From: Thalia democratica
Taxonomy: Eukaryota
Direction of reading: 5' to 3'
NCBI GenBank assembly: GCA_965202585.1
Contig: OZ241829.1
Span: 72,850,001-72,914,000 of the forward strand
Length of the DNA stretch: 64,000 nucleotides
The position numbers and the translations under genes were made by a program. Under the pieces are notes generated by a model. That model did no database searches and had not been told where the DNA came from. It saw nothing but the letters and a program-made list of their open reading frames with translations. Shown here piece after piece: positions 26,700 to 39,822 of the stretch (position 1 is its first letter; each line of letters begins with the position of its first letter).

Positions 26700-28448
26700 A
26701 TGATAAAACTTAGATTAAGTTTTGATGTCAATTTGAGCAAAGTTATTCTTGGTGTAGCTGGTATATCTGCTACTACTTGCGCATTTCAGTATTTCACTGC
26801 AAACAGCAAGCTAAAAGAATCTTTAATGAACGATGTTGTACAAAACAAAACAGATTCAAACAAAGACAATAAAGTTTCAAACGTAGTTTCTGGCAAACAA
26901 ACAATTGAGTTTAAATTGAATAAAGAAAAAATAGCTAATGATAATCTTATAAATAACAAACCTAAAAATGGCTTGAGAGTTTGGATCGGAGCTAATGCAA
27001 GTACTTTTAATGACGATTGTCAAAATGTTAAAAAAAAGTTCAAGGTTGATATTAACAAAGAGCTTATAAATAAAGGAGGTCAAGACCAATTGGATGATGA
27101 AAGTATAAAAGTTTTTAACCAGGAAGCTAGTTTAGAATTTAATGCAAGTACTTCAAATGAAAATTTGCTAAATGTTGAGGAAAAATCTAAAGTGGATATT
27201 AGAAACAAGCCTGTAAACGAAGGAAGTCCAGAGCAATTGAAAGGTGAAAGTATAGAATCTCTTAACCAGGAAATTGTTTTAAGAGCTAGTGGAAGTACTT
27301 CTAAAGACGACTTGCAAACTGTTGAAGAAAAATCTAAATTGTATATTAAAAAGGAACCTCTTAATAAAGGAAGTTCAGACCAGTTGAAAGACAATAATGT
27401 AAAAGTTCTTGATGAGGAAGAGAGTTTAAAAGGTAATGCAAATACCTCTAATGACGATTTGCAAAGTTCTGAGGAAAAATCTAAAAAGTATATTAATAAC
27501 GAGACTGTAAATGATGGATGTCAAGATCAATTAAAAGACGAAAGTACAAAAGCTGTTGGTAAAAAAGCTAATTTTAAAGGTAATGCAAGTTTATCTAATG
27601 ATTATTTGCAAACTGTTGAGTATAAAAGTAAAGAAGTTATTGAAAATGAGTTTGCATATGACGAAAGTCTAGACCAAAGTATAAAATTTCTTGGTAAGGA
27701 AGCTAGTTTAATAGGTAATGTAAGTACTTTAAATGATGATTCGCAAACTGTTAAGGAAAACTCTAAGAAGAACAAAATTAGTAAACTTCGTAACGATTTA
27801 CTTCAGCAGCAAACTCTTTTTGAGGAGACTCTTAGACTGATAAAAATTGAAGAAGAAGAACTTGAACAAAACCTCGATCAGCTGAAAAAAGGGACATCAG
27901 CAATTTCTTTGTATAACAAAGTTTGCAATCGTCTAACTGAAATCCGTGAAAAGAAGACCAACCAAAATTACAACGAAAATATGAAAGCTTATTTTACAGA
28001 TGTTTGTGATTTAAAGGAAAAAGTATGGAAAGAAGCGGGAAGTAAACCAAAATATTCCACTACTCAGTTAACAAACAAAAAACAGAAGAATCTCAAGGAA
28101 AAGTTTGATTGTATACAAAATGTGTTAGAAAAATGTGGGGGCTTAGTTGAGATTATTTTGAGAACAGTAAAATCTATGGTTGAATTTTTAGAAGTTGATG
28201 AACCTAAAACAAAACCTTTTTTTGAAGTTACTTATAGTTCACATGATGAAATTGATAAGTATCAGAATAAAGTTCGCATAATGTTTGATGGATATGAAAA
28301 TATGTTTAGCAGTGATGCTATATGGACGAATTTAGATAATATAATTAATAGTTTCTGTTGTTTTATTGACAAGTTTTTCTGTATTTGTAAAAATAGCTAT
28401 AAGACTTTAGTTGAAGATGAGTATCGAAAATATGATGATAGAAATTAG
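26700..28448 (+). CDS. Family copy 3 (subtype A, 582 aa)
   Basis: Intact ORF preceded by branch-point-like tgactaac (26654-26661) and ttacAG|GTGAAT (GT at 26675). AATAAA at 28577. Confidence 0.9.
   Translation: MIKLRLSFDVNLSKVILGVAGISATTCAFQYFTANSKLKESLMNDVVQNKTDSNKDNKVSNVVSGKQTIEFKLNKEKIANDNLINNKPKNGLRVWIGANASTFNDDCQNVKKKFKVDINKELINKGGQDQLDDESIKVFNQEASLEFNASTSNENLLNVEEKSKVDIRNKPVNEGSPEQLKGESIESLNQEIVLRASGSTSKDDLQTVEEKSKLYIKKEPLNKGSSDQLKDNNVKVLDEEESLKGNANTSNDDLQSSEEKSKKYINNETVNDGCQDQLKDESTKAVGKKANFKGNASLSNDYLQTVEYKSKEVIENEFAYDESLDQSIKFLGKEASLIGNVSTLNDDSQTVKENSKKNKISKLRNDLLQQQTLFEETLRLIKIEEEELEQNLDQLKKGTSAISLYNKVCNRLTEIREKKTNQNYNENMKAYFTDVCDLKEKVWKEAGSKPKYSTTQLTNKKQKNLKEKFDCIQNVLEKCGGLVEIILRTVKSMVEFLEVDEPKTKPFFEVTYSSHDEIDKYQNKVRIMFDGYENMFSSDAIWTNLDNIINSFCCFIDKFFCICKNSYKTLVEDEYRKYDDRN
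27042..27629 (+). repeat. 147-bp (49-aa) coding tandem repeat, 4 full units plus flanking partial units
   Basis: Unit starts at 27042, 27189, 27336, 27483 and 27630. Same period in copy 8 (56766, 56913, 57060). Confidence 0.9.
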
Positions 28449-29734
28449 AATATACTGACTTTAAAACGTTTTGGTTTGTGATTTATCTTTATTTTGTTGT
28501 TTTTTATTGTGGTTTTGCGTTTTTTATTTTTGTTTCAAGAAAAACAATTTTTCGTTATTTTAGTAGTTAAATGCACAATAAATATAGATATATATAGTTA
28601 GCTTAATTGTTTTAGATATAATTTTAAGATGTTAAGTTTCAAAAACTTAGTTAGTTTAGTTAATTAAGAAATTTACTAGAGTGTTAGCTTTAACATTACT
28701 TACAATGTTAAATTTACAATTAAAATATAATGATGTTTAAAAATAAGTTAATAGATCAAGATTGAACTAAAAACCTGCAAGTTATTGTTACAACAAACCT
28801 TGTTTATATTAAATACACGAATGAATCGTTACTACGTTTTTAAATAAAAGTTATGCGTCATAATTCTTGATAAAATCCTTTACGCTTAGTCGAAAATAAT
28901 TGAAAAGAAATACATGATTTAAAATTTCTACTTGAATAAGAAAAATTATTAATTAATCTTTATAAAATACTTTATGTACGGGAAACCCAAATGTTTTTTT
29001 TCGCAACTTAGTGTATTAAGCTCAGTTCTTACTCAATAGTAAATTATTTTAAAATTTATTTTTATACTTACAACTTTGAAGTACGTATATTAATCTTAAA
29101 TTGATGAAATAAACGCATGTATTTTCTATAACTAGGTTTATTTATAGATCTTAAGATCAGTTCTGAATAAACAGAACAAATTAAATGATAAAAAATTATA
29201 TTTACTCATTATTCTTTAAAACACATTATAGAGGACTGTATTTTGAATATTTATTTTAATTTTACATACTGTAATTTAAGAAACTACACCAAAAAAGTAT
29301 TTTTTGACCGTTAAACTTCTAAAAAAACTAAACAAGTAGCAATTTGATGTTTTATTTTTATTTTATCTGACATTGTAACTCTTTTTTTAGCATTTTTTAT
29401 AATTTTTAATGGACATGATTGTATATATATATTCATTTTAAGACTTCATTACTAAATTTAAAAACTTCTGTTATCGTAAAACAAGAGTTTATCTAAGATA
29501 TAACTTTAAAATTTTTTCAGAAGCTGGTGAAAATACTGTACAAACTTATTATAAATATATATTTTTTTGCTCTTGTTTGTTCTAACCTTTTCAAAACTTT
29601 TGCACTTATTTATGTAATAAACCATACTTATGTTGTGTTGTTATCAATAGTTTAAATTTTTCAATTTTTTTATTATTACAGTTTTAAAAATAAGCATTTA
29701 AGTTTTTTAGTTTTTACAAACGAGTCAATATAGA

Positions 29735-29761
29735 TGACGTCAATGCAAATTAATGACATCA
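29735..29761 (+). promoter_or_regulatory. CRE + octamer + CRE-like composite element
   Basis: TGACGTCA 29735-29742, ATGCAAAT 29743-29750 and TGACATCA 29754-29761. The paralogous site at 8578-8596 keeps ATGCAAAC and TGACATCA. Confidence 0.3.
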
Positions 29762-31682
29762 AACGGTCTTTAAAAAAATGTAGTAGTTTACAATAAGAAG
29801 CTATAAGTTTATAAAAAGAATAAGTTGTTTTAAAAGGTAAATACAATGTATCATTAAAATATAACTTTAAAAAATTTACTAAAAGTTTATAAAAGAATTT
29901 TAAAACACACTTTATGTCTAGTTAAAAATGCAACTATTTAAACGTCTGAATCTTGTTTTTTTATCACTTACAAACTTTTTTAATGATTGTGCACATATTT
30001 ATTTATAAAGTTAAAGGTTATTAAGCATTTGTAATACTTTTTGTAACTGATTTGATTTTATGCATGTTAAACCAAATCTAAATTTTTAAGACTTTATCGT
30101 TTCAAAGTTTATAAATATAAATAAGGTTCTTTATAATAAATCATTTAAAAGGATTTTTATAAGTTTAATTTTTAAACAGCAAGTTAGGTGGTTTCCTATC
30201 ATTTGTTAATATGAAAACTTTTAGCGTTGAATACAGTTAAAAGAATATTAAAATAGATTGAAATCATTCATAAAAATTCTAAAAACTTTTTTTTTTAGTT
30301 TTAAAACAGTAAAACACGGAGTATTTTAAACGTAAAAATGTGTTTTCAGTTTATATAACAAAATTGTAAGGTTTTTACTTGCTAAGTCTTAAATGTTCAA
30401 AAATAAAACTATTCATAAAAACATTTGTTATATTAATAAATGTATATCTTCAGGTATGTTGAAAACAAAAATAAAGTTTTTATTTCAAATTATAAGTTTT
30501 TAGTCAATAACTATTAAATTATTTAATAATCAATTATACTCAAGTAAAAACTTGATTAAATGAAAATCCTTAATTAATAAATTCTTAATAAATACTTAAT
30601 AAATTATTTGTTTTGCAAATTTTATTTTTATTTGAATAAGCAACTTACAATTCAGTAGGTCGAGCAATTTTTTTTAGTTAAGACAATAACTATATAAATT
30701 TGAGATTAAAGATAAGTTTAATGATATACTTTTTTGTAAAAAAAATGTTTTATTTGGATTACTTCTTTAATTTTTAATAACTGTCAAACATTCTTTACAA
30801 CTTTATGCATTTATAGTTCTTTAGAATTTATTTTTTTTAAGTTTTGTATTGACTTACACCTTGGTATTACCAACTTTTTTTTAATTATCATTTAAATTTA
30901 TTGACAAAAACAGCTTTTAAATTACTTAAAGCATATAAAAATTTACAATTTTTTTTTGTATTATACACTCGTTTTATATAAAAACAGTAGTTAATGACAT
31001 AAACTTTATCGTTTAATCAAACTAAGGTATCTTACTAAAAACTGTAAAATAGTTATGATGAATATATAAGAGAGATGGATAAGATACTCAATATATTTGT
31101 TGTATAATTTTTCAACAACTTCATGATATTTTTTAAACAAATAAAGATAAATAAACGTAATATGATACTTCTTGCTTTTGGTTTTTAAGTTTAATGAAGT
31201 CCAAAACCTTTTTTAGTAATAATATATTTTAATTTTAAGTACGAAAAAAATTTAACTTTAGTTTACAATTGATAGTTTAAATGTATAGTCAATAATAAAT
31301 ATATTATTTTCAAAAAAAATCAAAATTAAATCTGAATAGAATAAAGATTAGTCTTAATTTTATTACCATATTTAGCTAATTATTACAAATACACTAAATC
31401 TTTACATCACATTTATTACTTAAAAATGATTTTCAATAGGCAGAAATGTTTATTACTAAATAAAAAAGTTTTATGTTTTAGTTATCGAGTAAAAAATAAA
31501 AAAGTTTCAGTTAAACTATTAAACGTTTAATTTAATATATTTTATTTTAATAAAAATAGCTGCTAGCTTACCTCTTTTAAATGAAAGTTTAGAAAAACTT
31601 ATTATTTATATCTGTAAAGGTTTATTGAAAACAGTTGATAAATGTCATAAAATAAAGGTTAGTAGTTATTAAAACTGGTAAT

Positions 31683-32238
31683 ATGATAAAACTTCGACTA
31701 CGTTTTGATGTCAGTTGGAGGAAAATTATTCTGGGTGTAGCTGGTATATCTGCTACTATTTTTGCATTGCAATATTTCACTTTTAAAAACAATAAACTGA
31801 AAGGCTGTTTGATATATGATGTTGTACAAAATAAAACAGACTCAAAGAAAAACAACAAAATGTCATACGTAGTTTCTGCAAAACCATAAAAATATTATGG
31901 ATATGTATGTAATTTTTAAGGCTATTATATCTAACAGTAGGGATGTATTTAAAACTACTTTGAAAACAATTGGCTTTATGCTGAAGTATATGGATGAAAC
32001 AGACAAAAATAAAATTATTATTATCTCCAATACACTGAGAATATTAAAAAAAGATGACGATGATAATGGGAAGATGTGTTTTAAAATATTGTGTGAATTT
32101 GCAAACCAAAATAATTCTTTAGAAGATGATGCAAAAAAACTTTTAAAAAGTTACTCAATCTTGTTTGAAAAGTTTAATTACATTAGAATTAATAACTACA
32201 AAACTTTTGTTGAAGATAAAAATAAATGCTTGCTTTAA
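31683..32238 (+). pseudogene. Family copy 4 (subtype B), internally deleted: 68-aa N-terminal ORF plus out-of-frame 113-aa C-terminal ORF
   Basis: 31683..31889 encodes the anchor and 31897..32238 the distal helical domain. The repeat region and proximal domain are deleted at aaaacca|taaaaa. Junction site is taaAG|GTTAGT. Confidence 0.8.
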
Positions 32239-33335
32239 GAAGATACTGATTAAAAAGCGCTTTATGTTAAGTTGTATTTGTTTACATGACTTTAGTTTTC
32301 GTGTATCATAATAACATATTTTTGTTATAACTAATAAATAAATGCACAAAAGAATGACTTTTTTATAGAATAAGATAGTTAATTCGTTGAAATACTTAAA
32401 AGAAATATTTAATAACTTAAAAAATTATTATTAACCGAAAGGTTAATTTGAGATTAAATTAAACTCGAAAGTATTATTCAAAGTTTGAAATACTTTTATA
32501 AGGTTAAAACAAAACTTAACATTGATGGTAAAACTATAATAGATAGTATGTCATAAAATACTAAAATATTAAGATGTAACTTAGACCATACTGAAAAAAG
32601 ATTTTTTTTTATTTTTTCTAAATGAATTTATACTTATCACCATAATTGTCTAGTTTTAAGCGCTACACTAAAATAAACGCTAAACAAACTACACATTAAC
32701 AATTTATTTTAAACCACATTAAAAATGATGGAAACAAAACATCTAGAAAAGTTATAATTAATCGATAAAATTAAAGCAAGACAAGTTTTGATTACCAGTT
32801 GAATTTTAATTAATTTAACATATTCTAAAATTGACTCAATTAGTCTTATTAAAACACAACGGAATTTTAGTTATAAAAGAAAAATAACTACTAATTTTTT
32901 GCTTCTAAAGCTTAAAAACAATAATTATTAAAAAATATAATTTTAGTTTTTTTAGTTATATCAAAATTTTTATAAAGTAATACATATTCACAGTAAATAG
33001 ATAATGACTAGTAGTTTATATTTGTATAAGTACAGCGTACTAATATTGGTGTGAAATACGAATTTATACGGATTTATAATTAGCGTTGTGAAACAAACTA
33101 CCATGCTTTTCAGCTGTTTGAGTATTTGTTTAATGGATATTTATTTATTAATATCCTTATTTTTTATTGATAAATGTATTAACTTATGTTTTATTAAGTA
33201 TAGTTTGCAATATTAAAATGAACACTGCTTATTTTATTATTAAAAAAAGCGATATAGTGTTCTTACGACACGTGAAAATACCGGCGTTGGATTTGATAAG
33301 TGTCGGCTATATATCCTTGATTATATGGTTTACAC

Positions 33336-34262
33336 TAGGGGTGGGCAACGTACGGCCCGCAGGCCGGATCCGGCCCCCGGAGTCAAAATGACCGGCCCCC
33401 AAACCTTTTTTAAATATAAACGGAATCTGGCCTGCGGACAAAATTTATCCGGCCCGCGAGTGGATGATTCGGCCCGTTAGCCATTTTCAAAATTTATATG
33501 AAATCCTACAAGCCAATGTATGTGTTACAAAATTTGTATAAAACATTTTAAAAATTATTTTCACAAAATAAACTTTAAGACTTTAACCTAAAAACGTTTT
33601 TAAAAGTTATTTTTAACTTTTGTAGTAATAAAAACACTCTTTTGTTGTAGTACCTTGTTCTGTTTCAAGTAAATTGAATTAATTCTATCACAAATTATCC
33701 AAAAACATTGTTTACTGTACTAACTTAGATGATCTTACCTATCATAATGATTTTCTTAAAAAATGACATGTAAAAAATTGATGTCTTTGCTAGATATGTA
33801 GTGAGCTGTTCTTATAAATGTTAAAAAAAGTAGTATAATTTCGAATAGTGAAAAACTTTTAATGTCTTAGGCTCGAGAAACTTAATTATTGTTTTTATAA
33901 AACAAACTAGTATTAATTCGTTTCAGAGTTGTAATAAATACAAATTATGAATACTTTATAAAATTTAACTTAAAGTTTTATACTTAAGAACCTTGGTAAT
34001 TAAAAAATTGATTAAAAGTTTTAAAACACCAGATAAATTAGCATCCAGCCAAGTTCAAGTCTTTTGAAGTTTATTCTATTCGGATACGAACCTTGTCTAA
34101 AATTAGTATTTAGCCGGATCTGGATAACATTTTTGAATAAAGATCCGGATTTAAAAAAGGATCCAACTGAATCCGGTAGATCACTTATTCGAAATGCTTC
34201 GGCCCGCTAAGGACTAATTTTTTTAGATCCGGCCCATTAACTATTTACGTTGCCCACCCTTA
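33336..34262. mobile_element. Non-autonomous hAT element (MITE), 927 bp
   Basis: TIRs taggggtgggcaacgta / tacgttgcccaccctta (16/17). 8-bp TSD gtttacac / gtttacat. cggcccgc subterminal motifs. Confidence 0.9.
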
Positions 34263-36343
34263 GTTTACATGTAAATCGAGTTAAATAACTTACTGTGACT
34301 AACGGCTTAAATTTATTAGTTAGTTTTTATTTTCTTTAGGTTTTTATAATAACTAAGTTTATACTGACTTGTCTTATTAAGTTAAATTCAAGTTCAATTT
34401 GTACATACAACAAAAAAACTAAACCCTGCTCACAACTTTGCTTATGTAAATATTATAAAATGTTTTTGTTTAGTACTGGTACTGTCTCTTAAGTAAAATT
34501 ATTTATAAGATGCTCAAAGTATGAGTAGAATAAATAGCTTAGAAGTTTGACAACATCTACTTCATGCCTTTTTACAATATGCTCAATTAAATCTGACTAT
34601 TTTAAAATCTACACTTCTTAGATCTTAACACTAACATCTTGACAAACTAAGTACGAACATCTTTAGTATCAATAACCGCTTTATTTACCACATACTTTAA
34701 CTTTTTGTTTTAAAGTATATCATAAAACAAGTAAATCATCTTAGGGATGGTAAACTTCTGTAGTCAAAGGACGAGATTTATACCAAGCTATAGTACCTTT
34801 ATGTGCACAGTTGATGACTTTCAAACTAATTATTTAACACTTGATTACTTATTTGGTAATGTTTGCTTTGTAAGCTAAATACTTAACGACTATCATTATT
34901 TCTACAAGCATTTTGAAAATTATTATAATAATAAATTAAGGCTTAAAAAATACAGTGAGTATGTTTTACAAACAGAAAGTCCTATAAAACGCAATACGTA
35001 CTACATTTAAATCATCGTTACTTAACCTATAATTAATTTTAAACAACGGTAACTTTTATTGCGGAGAAGTAGTCATTTATATCAACTTTTCCATGTTAGA
35101 CCACAGCTCTATGTATCAAAATACACTAATCAATTACTCTTCTGATACTTTAAAAATTCAGCATCAAAGTGATACAGACAGCTACTGAAAAGTTTAAATA
35201 GACAACAACATAAATGAAATTTTAATCGAAAGTTTTTTACAAAAAAAATACACTTAAAACATACAACGACAAAATAAAATAAATAAAAATGACAAAATTT
35301 ATGTCTAATAAAATGTAATATTATAGTTTTCTGAATATGTTATAATGAATTGTTTCAAACGTTAATGTTTTCTTCTAACATAAAATTAATTATAGTTTGA
35401 CTCTTTCGGGTAAACATTAAAACTAAAAAAATATTTTTGAATATTTTTACAAAAACTAATATTTCTAAATCTCATTATGTTAGAACTTGTGAGTTAGTAT
35501 TAAAAAAAAGTATATATTAACAATATAATTAAAAAAAATACTTTTTTTTTTTCTTTTAAAAAAATACTTACAGGTAAAACAAATAAATTCTAAAACTAAA
35601 AACTATTAGTAAGTGATAAAATATAACGAAAATGAGTTTAATTTTTTCATCAATAGTTATACATTTTTGTTTAATTAGGTTCAAATACATATAAATTTGT
35701 AAATTATTTAAAGAAATTTTAATTTTCAATCAAAATTAATGATTAAATTTACTTTTATGTCAGTAAAAAAATAACGTATGTATTTTTTTAACTTATACGT
35801 TCATTCGACTTAAAACTGAGCTTAAAAATAAACTAATTTCATAGTGATTTAGCATTTTTCCTTCTACTTTACTAAATGTTATGTTATGTCAAAAGTTTGT
35901 TAAAGTTCAAATCTTTTCTAAAATAAGTATATTTATGTTTCGATTTTAATAAAAAAAACTTTTTAATTTTTAATTTTGCTAGATTTTATATATTGCAATA
36001 AAAATGTAGTATTTACTCAAAAAACTATCAAATCAAAAGCTAAATTAAATAATAATGCTCAGTCTTAATCTTATAGCCTTTAAAAAATTCAAATATGAGT
36101 ATTCAGTATGTTTTAATGTTTCTTAAAATAAAAAACAATAAAGTTTTTGTTTTGATAATAAAGTTTTAAAATAAAACATTATAAGTTTAGTTTATTATGG
36201 ATACTTTTTCAAAGTAAAAGGCTGCTAGCTTATCTATTTTATTTAAAAGTTTTGTAAAAGTTTATTGTTAATTATTGTTAATTTTATTAAAAACAATAAA
36301 TTAATAATTTGTTAACAGGTGAGTAGTTAGTACCACTTGTAAA

Positions 36344-37960
36344 ATGATAAAACTTCGATTAAGTTTTGATTTCAGTTTGAGCAAAGTTATTCTGGGTGTA
36401 GCTGGTATATCTGCTACTACTTTTGCATTTCAGTATTTCATTTTAAATAACAATAAATTAAACGGATTGTTAGAGAATGATTTTGGTTTGAAGAAAAGCA
36501 TTTTAGTGTCAAATTTAGTTTCTTCAAAAACTTTGGTAGAGCCTGAAATCGGTAAAGATAACTTAGCTAAACATGAATTCAAAAACAGCAAAACTGAAAA
36601 TAGTTTAAGTTTGTTTAGAAATAAAAGTAAAAGTGTTGCCGCTCCAGTTGTAAGTAAGGAAGTAATCCGAAAGATAACGGTAAGTAACCGTGAATTCAAA
36701 TCAAACAGTGATAAGTCAATCTCAAAATCTGATCCAAACTGCGAAAAAACTATTTCAAAAATCGAATCAAGCTATGAAAAGTCAGCCTCGAAAATCGACT
36801 CAAACTGTGAGAAGTTAGTATCAAAAACTGAATTGAACTGTAAAATGCCAATCTCAGAAACTGATTTAGATTGTAGAAAATCAACTTTAAAGTGTGGATC
36901 AGACAAAACAAACGTTGATGAAGGAAGTTTAAACCAATTGAAAAACAAAAGTACAGAATTTCTTTACAGTAAAGTTTCAAGTGGGTTTAAGAAGATAGGT
37001 AACATAAAAGATGATAGCCAATTTAAAATGACGGATAAAAATACTGAATTGTTTGATAAGAATACTGATATAAACTATAAAAATTCAGTCTTAAAAACTG
37101 ATTCAAACTGCAAAAAGTCTATTTCAAAGTCTGTCCAAGGCAAAACGAATATTAATAAGGAAAGTCAAGACCAATTGTCAATTAAAAGTGTAAAAATTCT
37201 TGACAATAAAAATATTATAGCAGCAAATGCAAATACATTAAAAGAAGATTTTCAAACTTTTGAGAAAAAATCTAACGTGAATATTAAAAAAAAGCCTGAA
37301 AATAATAAAGTTGTAAAACTTCGTAATGAATTAAATGAGCAGTATATATTTTTTGAGAAGACCTTAAAACTCATAAATGCTGAACAAAAAGCACATGAGA
37401 ATAATATTGGCCAGTTGGAGAAAAATATTTCTGTTGCTTCGTTGTATAAAGTAATATCAAACCGTAAAAATGCAATTTTAGAAGATCTAAATAAACCAAA
37501 GGGTAACAGAATTTTGAAACAGTTTTTTCAAAGTATATTTAGCTTACAGCTAAAGGTTTGGAAAAAAGCGAGTGCATGTTTAAAATACAAAAGTAAATTA
37601 TCCGATGAAAAAAATAAAAGTATTAAGGATACGTTTGATAATATAAAAGCTTTATTAGACATATGTGATGATACAATCAAAATCATTTTGAAAAGAATTA
37701 ATATATCGCTAAAGTATATTGATGAAACTGATAAAAATGAAATAAATAATATTAATAAGTCACTTAATGAGATAAAAATGATGGTGAAGACTATGATGCA
37801 GAAGTTGAAAAATACATTTCAAGAGTTAGGAAAAGAAAATATTATTTTAGATGATGATATAAATGACATTTCAGATAGCTTGAAAAACTTGTTTTGCAAG
37901 TACAATCAAGTTTGTTCTAATTTCTACAAAATTTTATCTAAAGGTTTAATCACTAAATAA
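36344..37960 (+). CDS. Family copy 5 (divergent subtype B, 538 aa) with an expanded 11-aa Cys-periodic repeat
   Basis: Intact ORF; taacAG|GTGAGT 25 nt upstream (GT at 36319); same N-terminus and KLRN..L..Q C-domain start as the other copies. Confidence 0.9.
   Translation: MIKLRLSFDFSLSKVILGVAGISATTFAFQYFILNNNKLNGLLENDFGLKKSILVSNLVSSKTLVEPEIGKDNLAKHEFKNSKTENSLSLFRNKSKSVAAPVVSKEVIRKITVSNREFKSNSDKSISKSDPNCEKTISKIESSYEKSASKIDSNCEKLVSKTELNCKMPISETDLDCRKSTLKCGSDKTNVDEGSLNQLKNKSTEFLYSKVSSGFKKIGNIKDDSQFKMTDKNTELFDKNTDINYKNSVLKTDSNCKKSISKSVQGKTNINKESQDQLSIKSVKILDNKNIIAANANTLKEDFQTFEKKSNVNIKKKPENNKVVKLRNELNEQYIFFEKTLKLINAEQKAHENNIGQLEKNISVASLYKVISNRKNAILEDLNKPKGNRILKQFFQSIFSLQLKVWKKASACLKYKSKLSDEKNKSIKDTFDNIKALLDICDDTIKIILKRINISLKYIDETDKNEINNINKSLNEIKMMVKTMMQKLKNTFQELGKENIILDDDINDISDSLKNLFCKYNQVCSNFYKILSKGLITK
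36707..36904 (+). repeat. 33-bp (11-aa) coding repeat, 6 units, plus 2 more at 37076 and 37109
   Basis: Units start at 36707, 36740, 36773, 36806, 36839 and 36872, e.g. CEKTISKIESS, CEKLVSKTELN, CKMPISETDLD. Confidence 0.85.
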
Positions 37961-39822
37961 CTAAATATGTTGATATATAAGACTATAAAACGCTCTGTTT
38001 CGTTCTTTTTTGCTGTCTCGTTCTGTTTTTTGTTTACTTGTATTATTACAAAAAGTTTGCTTTTGTTTATAAATTCAATGCACAACAAGTGTAACTCAAT
38101 TTGTTAGAATAAATATAGGTTATTTAAAGACATTTTCGTCACATAAGTCAACGATTACAAAAATATAAATACTTTAGATACTTTACATAAACCTAAATTA
38201 TACTTAAATATGATTTTCAACATCGAAAATATTTTCTTTAACTCAACATAATTTATGGTTTAGGTTTAAGTAGAAATAAACATTTTAATCTCTAATTATG
38301 ATATATAAATATTATTAAATAACATCTTTGTGATGATTCTTTAGTTAAATTTGTTTATTTTAAGTTTTAAATGTTTACTAACTAGGTTCCATAAAATTAA
38401 AACATATCATCTCAGAAATAATGGCATTTTGTGTAACTACGCTTATAACAATTAGAAACTACTGTAAATCAATAATCATAAAACAATAAACATTATTATA
38501 AACATAATTTAAAATCAAATGCATTTTGAAAAATTGAGTCATTAAAATTTTTGTTTTATTTAGAATAGTGTTAATTCAATACTTTCTTTATAATTTAAAA
38601 ATAGATGAGCTTGATGAAAAATAAAATAGTGTCTAATTTTTATTTATTAAATATGGATAATTTATGGGCAGTATGATATGGATCGAGTCAATATTGTACT
38701 AGTGTTCGAATAAAGAAAATAAAATTAATTTTAACACTGATATAGGTAAAATTTATTTTCAAGAGTTATAATTGTTTAGTTTGATGAGTAAAATATTGAT
38801 AAATGCTTTGACTTCTTTTCTTACTTGAAATCTAAATAAATATATCGTTCTTTGTTGAGTTTATTCACAAACTAAATACAAGAATGATAAAGTATGTTAT
38901 ACAAAACATATAAACTTACAAAACTAATAAAAGAATTTGTTTTTTATCCAAAACACTTTTTGAGACTTAGATTTTTTTTAAATAGAAGCTGTCTTATAAA
39001 TGAATATTTTATACTGTCACAATATTGTAATATATACCTAGTTGTTCATTTTTTATTGAATATAAATTACCTTTGATATGAGCGCCCTTTTAAAAATAAT
39101 TAAAATGTTGAATTGTCAGAGCTTTAATTGCTATGTAACCATGGACGACTGTCTACTAAAGTGTTACAGTTTTGAAATTTACTCTCACTTAAAAACAATA
39201 TAAACTGTTTATGTTTTATCAAACAATACTTGTAAATAACTACTTATCATAATATTTAAAGGTACATGTGATAGTTATTGAAAACTTAAAAAATATATAG
39301 TTCTAAAGATATATTCATTTGTAAACTAGCACAACTGAAAAATTCTGTTCTAAAGTACCATGCAGAATTTTGTTAGAAAATATTCAAAAACAAAAAGTAT
39401 ATTTGATTGATTTCTCTCAAAAAAGGCTAAGTACGTTGAAAAATTAAAGTTAATTTATTTAAAAAACATTATTTTAAACATAAAGATAGATGTTAAAAAT
39501 TTGACTTTTTGTTTTTAATGAACAATTTGAACCTCAAGGTATGCATAAGCTTTTTATAAAATCTTCAACAGTAGATTGCCATTATAAGCTAGTTATAAAT
39601 GTGTACCTAATGCGCATTGTACCATTTCAAACATTATGAGTTCCTTAGTGTTCATTTTCGTAAGAAGTTGAACTTTAAAATCTTAATACTTTACCTATTT
39701 AAAATTTTTTTGTTGTGTCACTAATTTTTTGTAGGTTAACCAACAAAAAAAAAACAATTAATCAAAAGCTGTTATACATTAACAATTAAAGTTACAAGTG
39801 AGTAGTTAGTAAAGCTTGTAAA

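Noticed and set aside
33167-33391. 74-aa ORF
   Set aside because: Runs into the GC-rich end of the hAT MITE; chance ORF.
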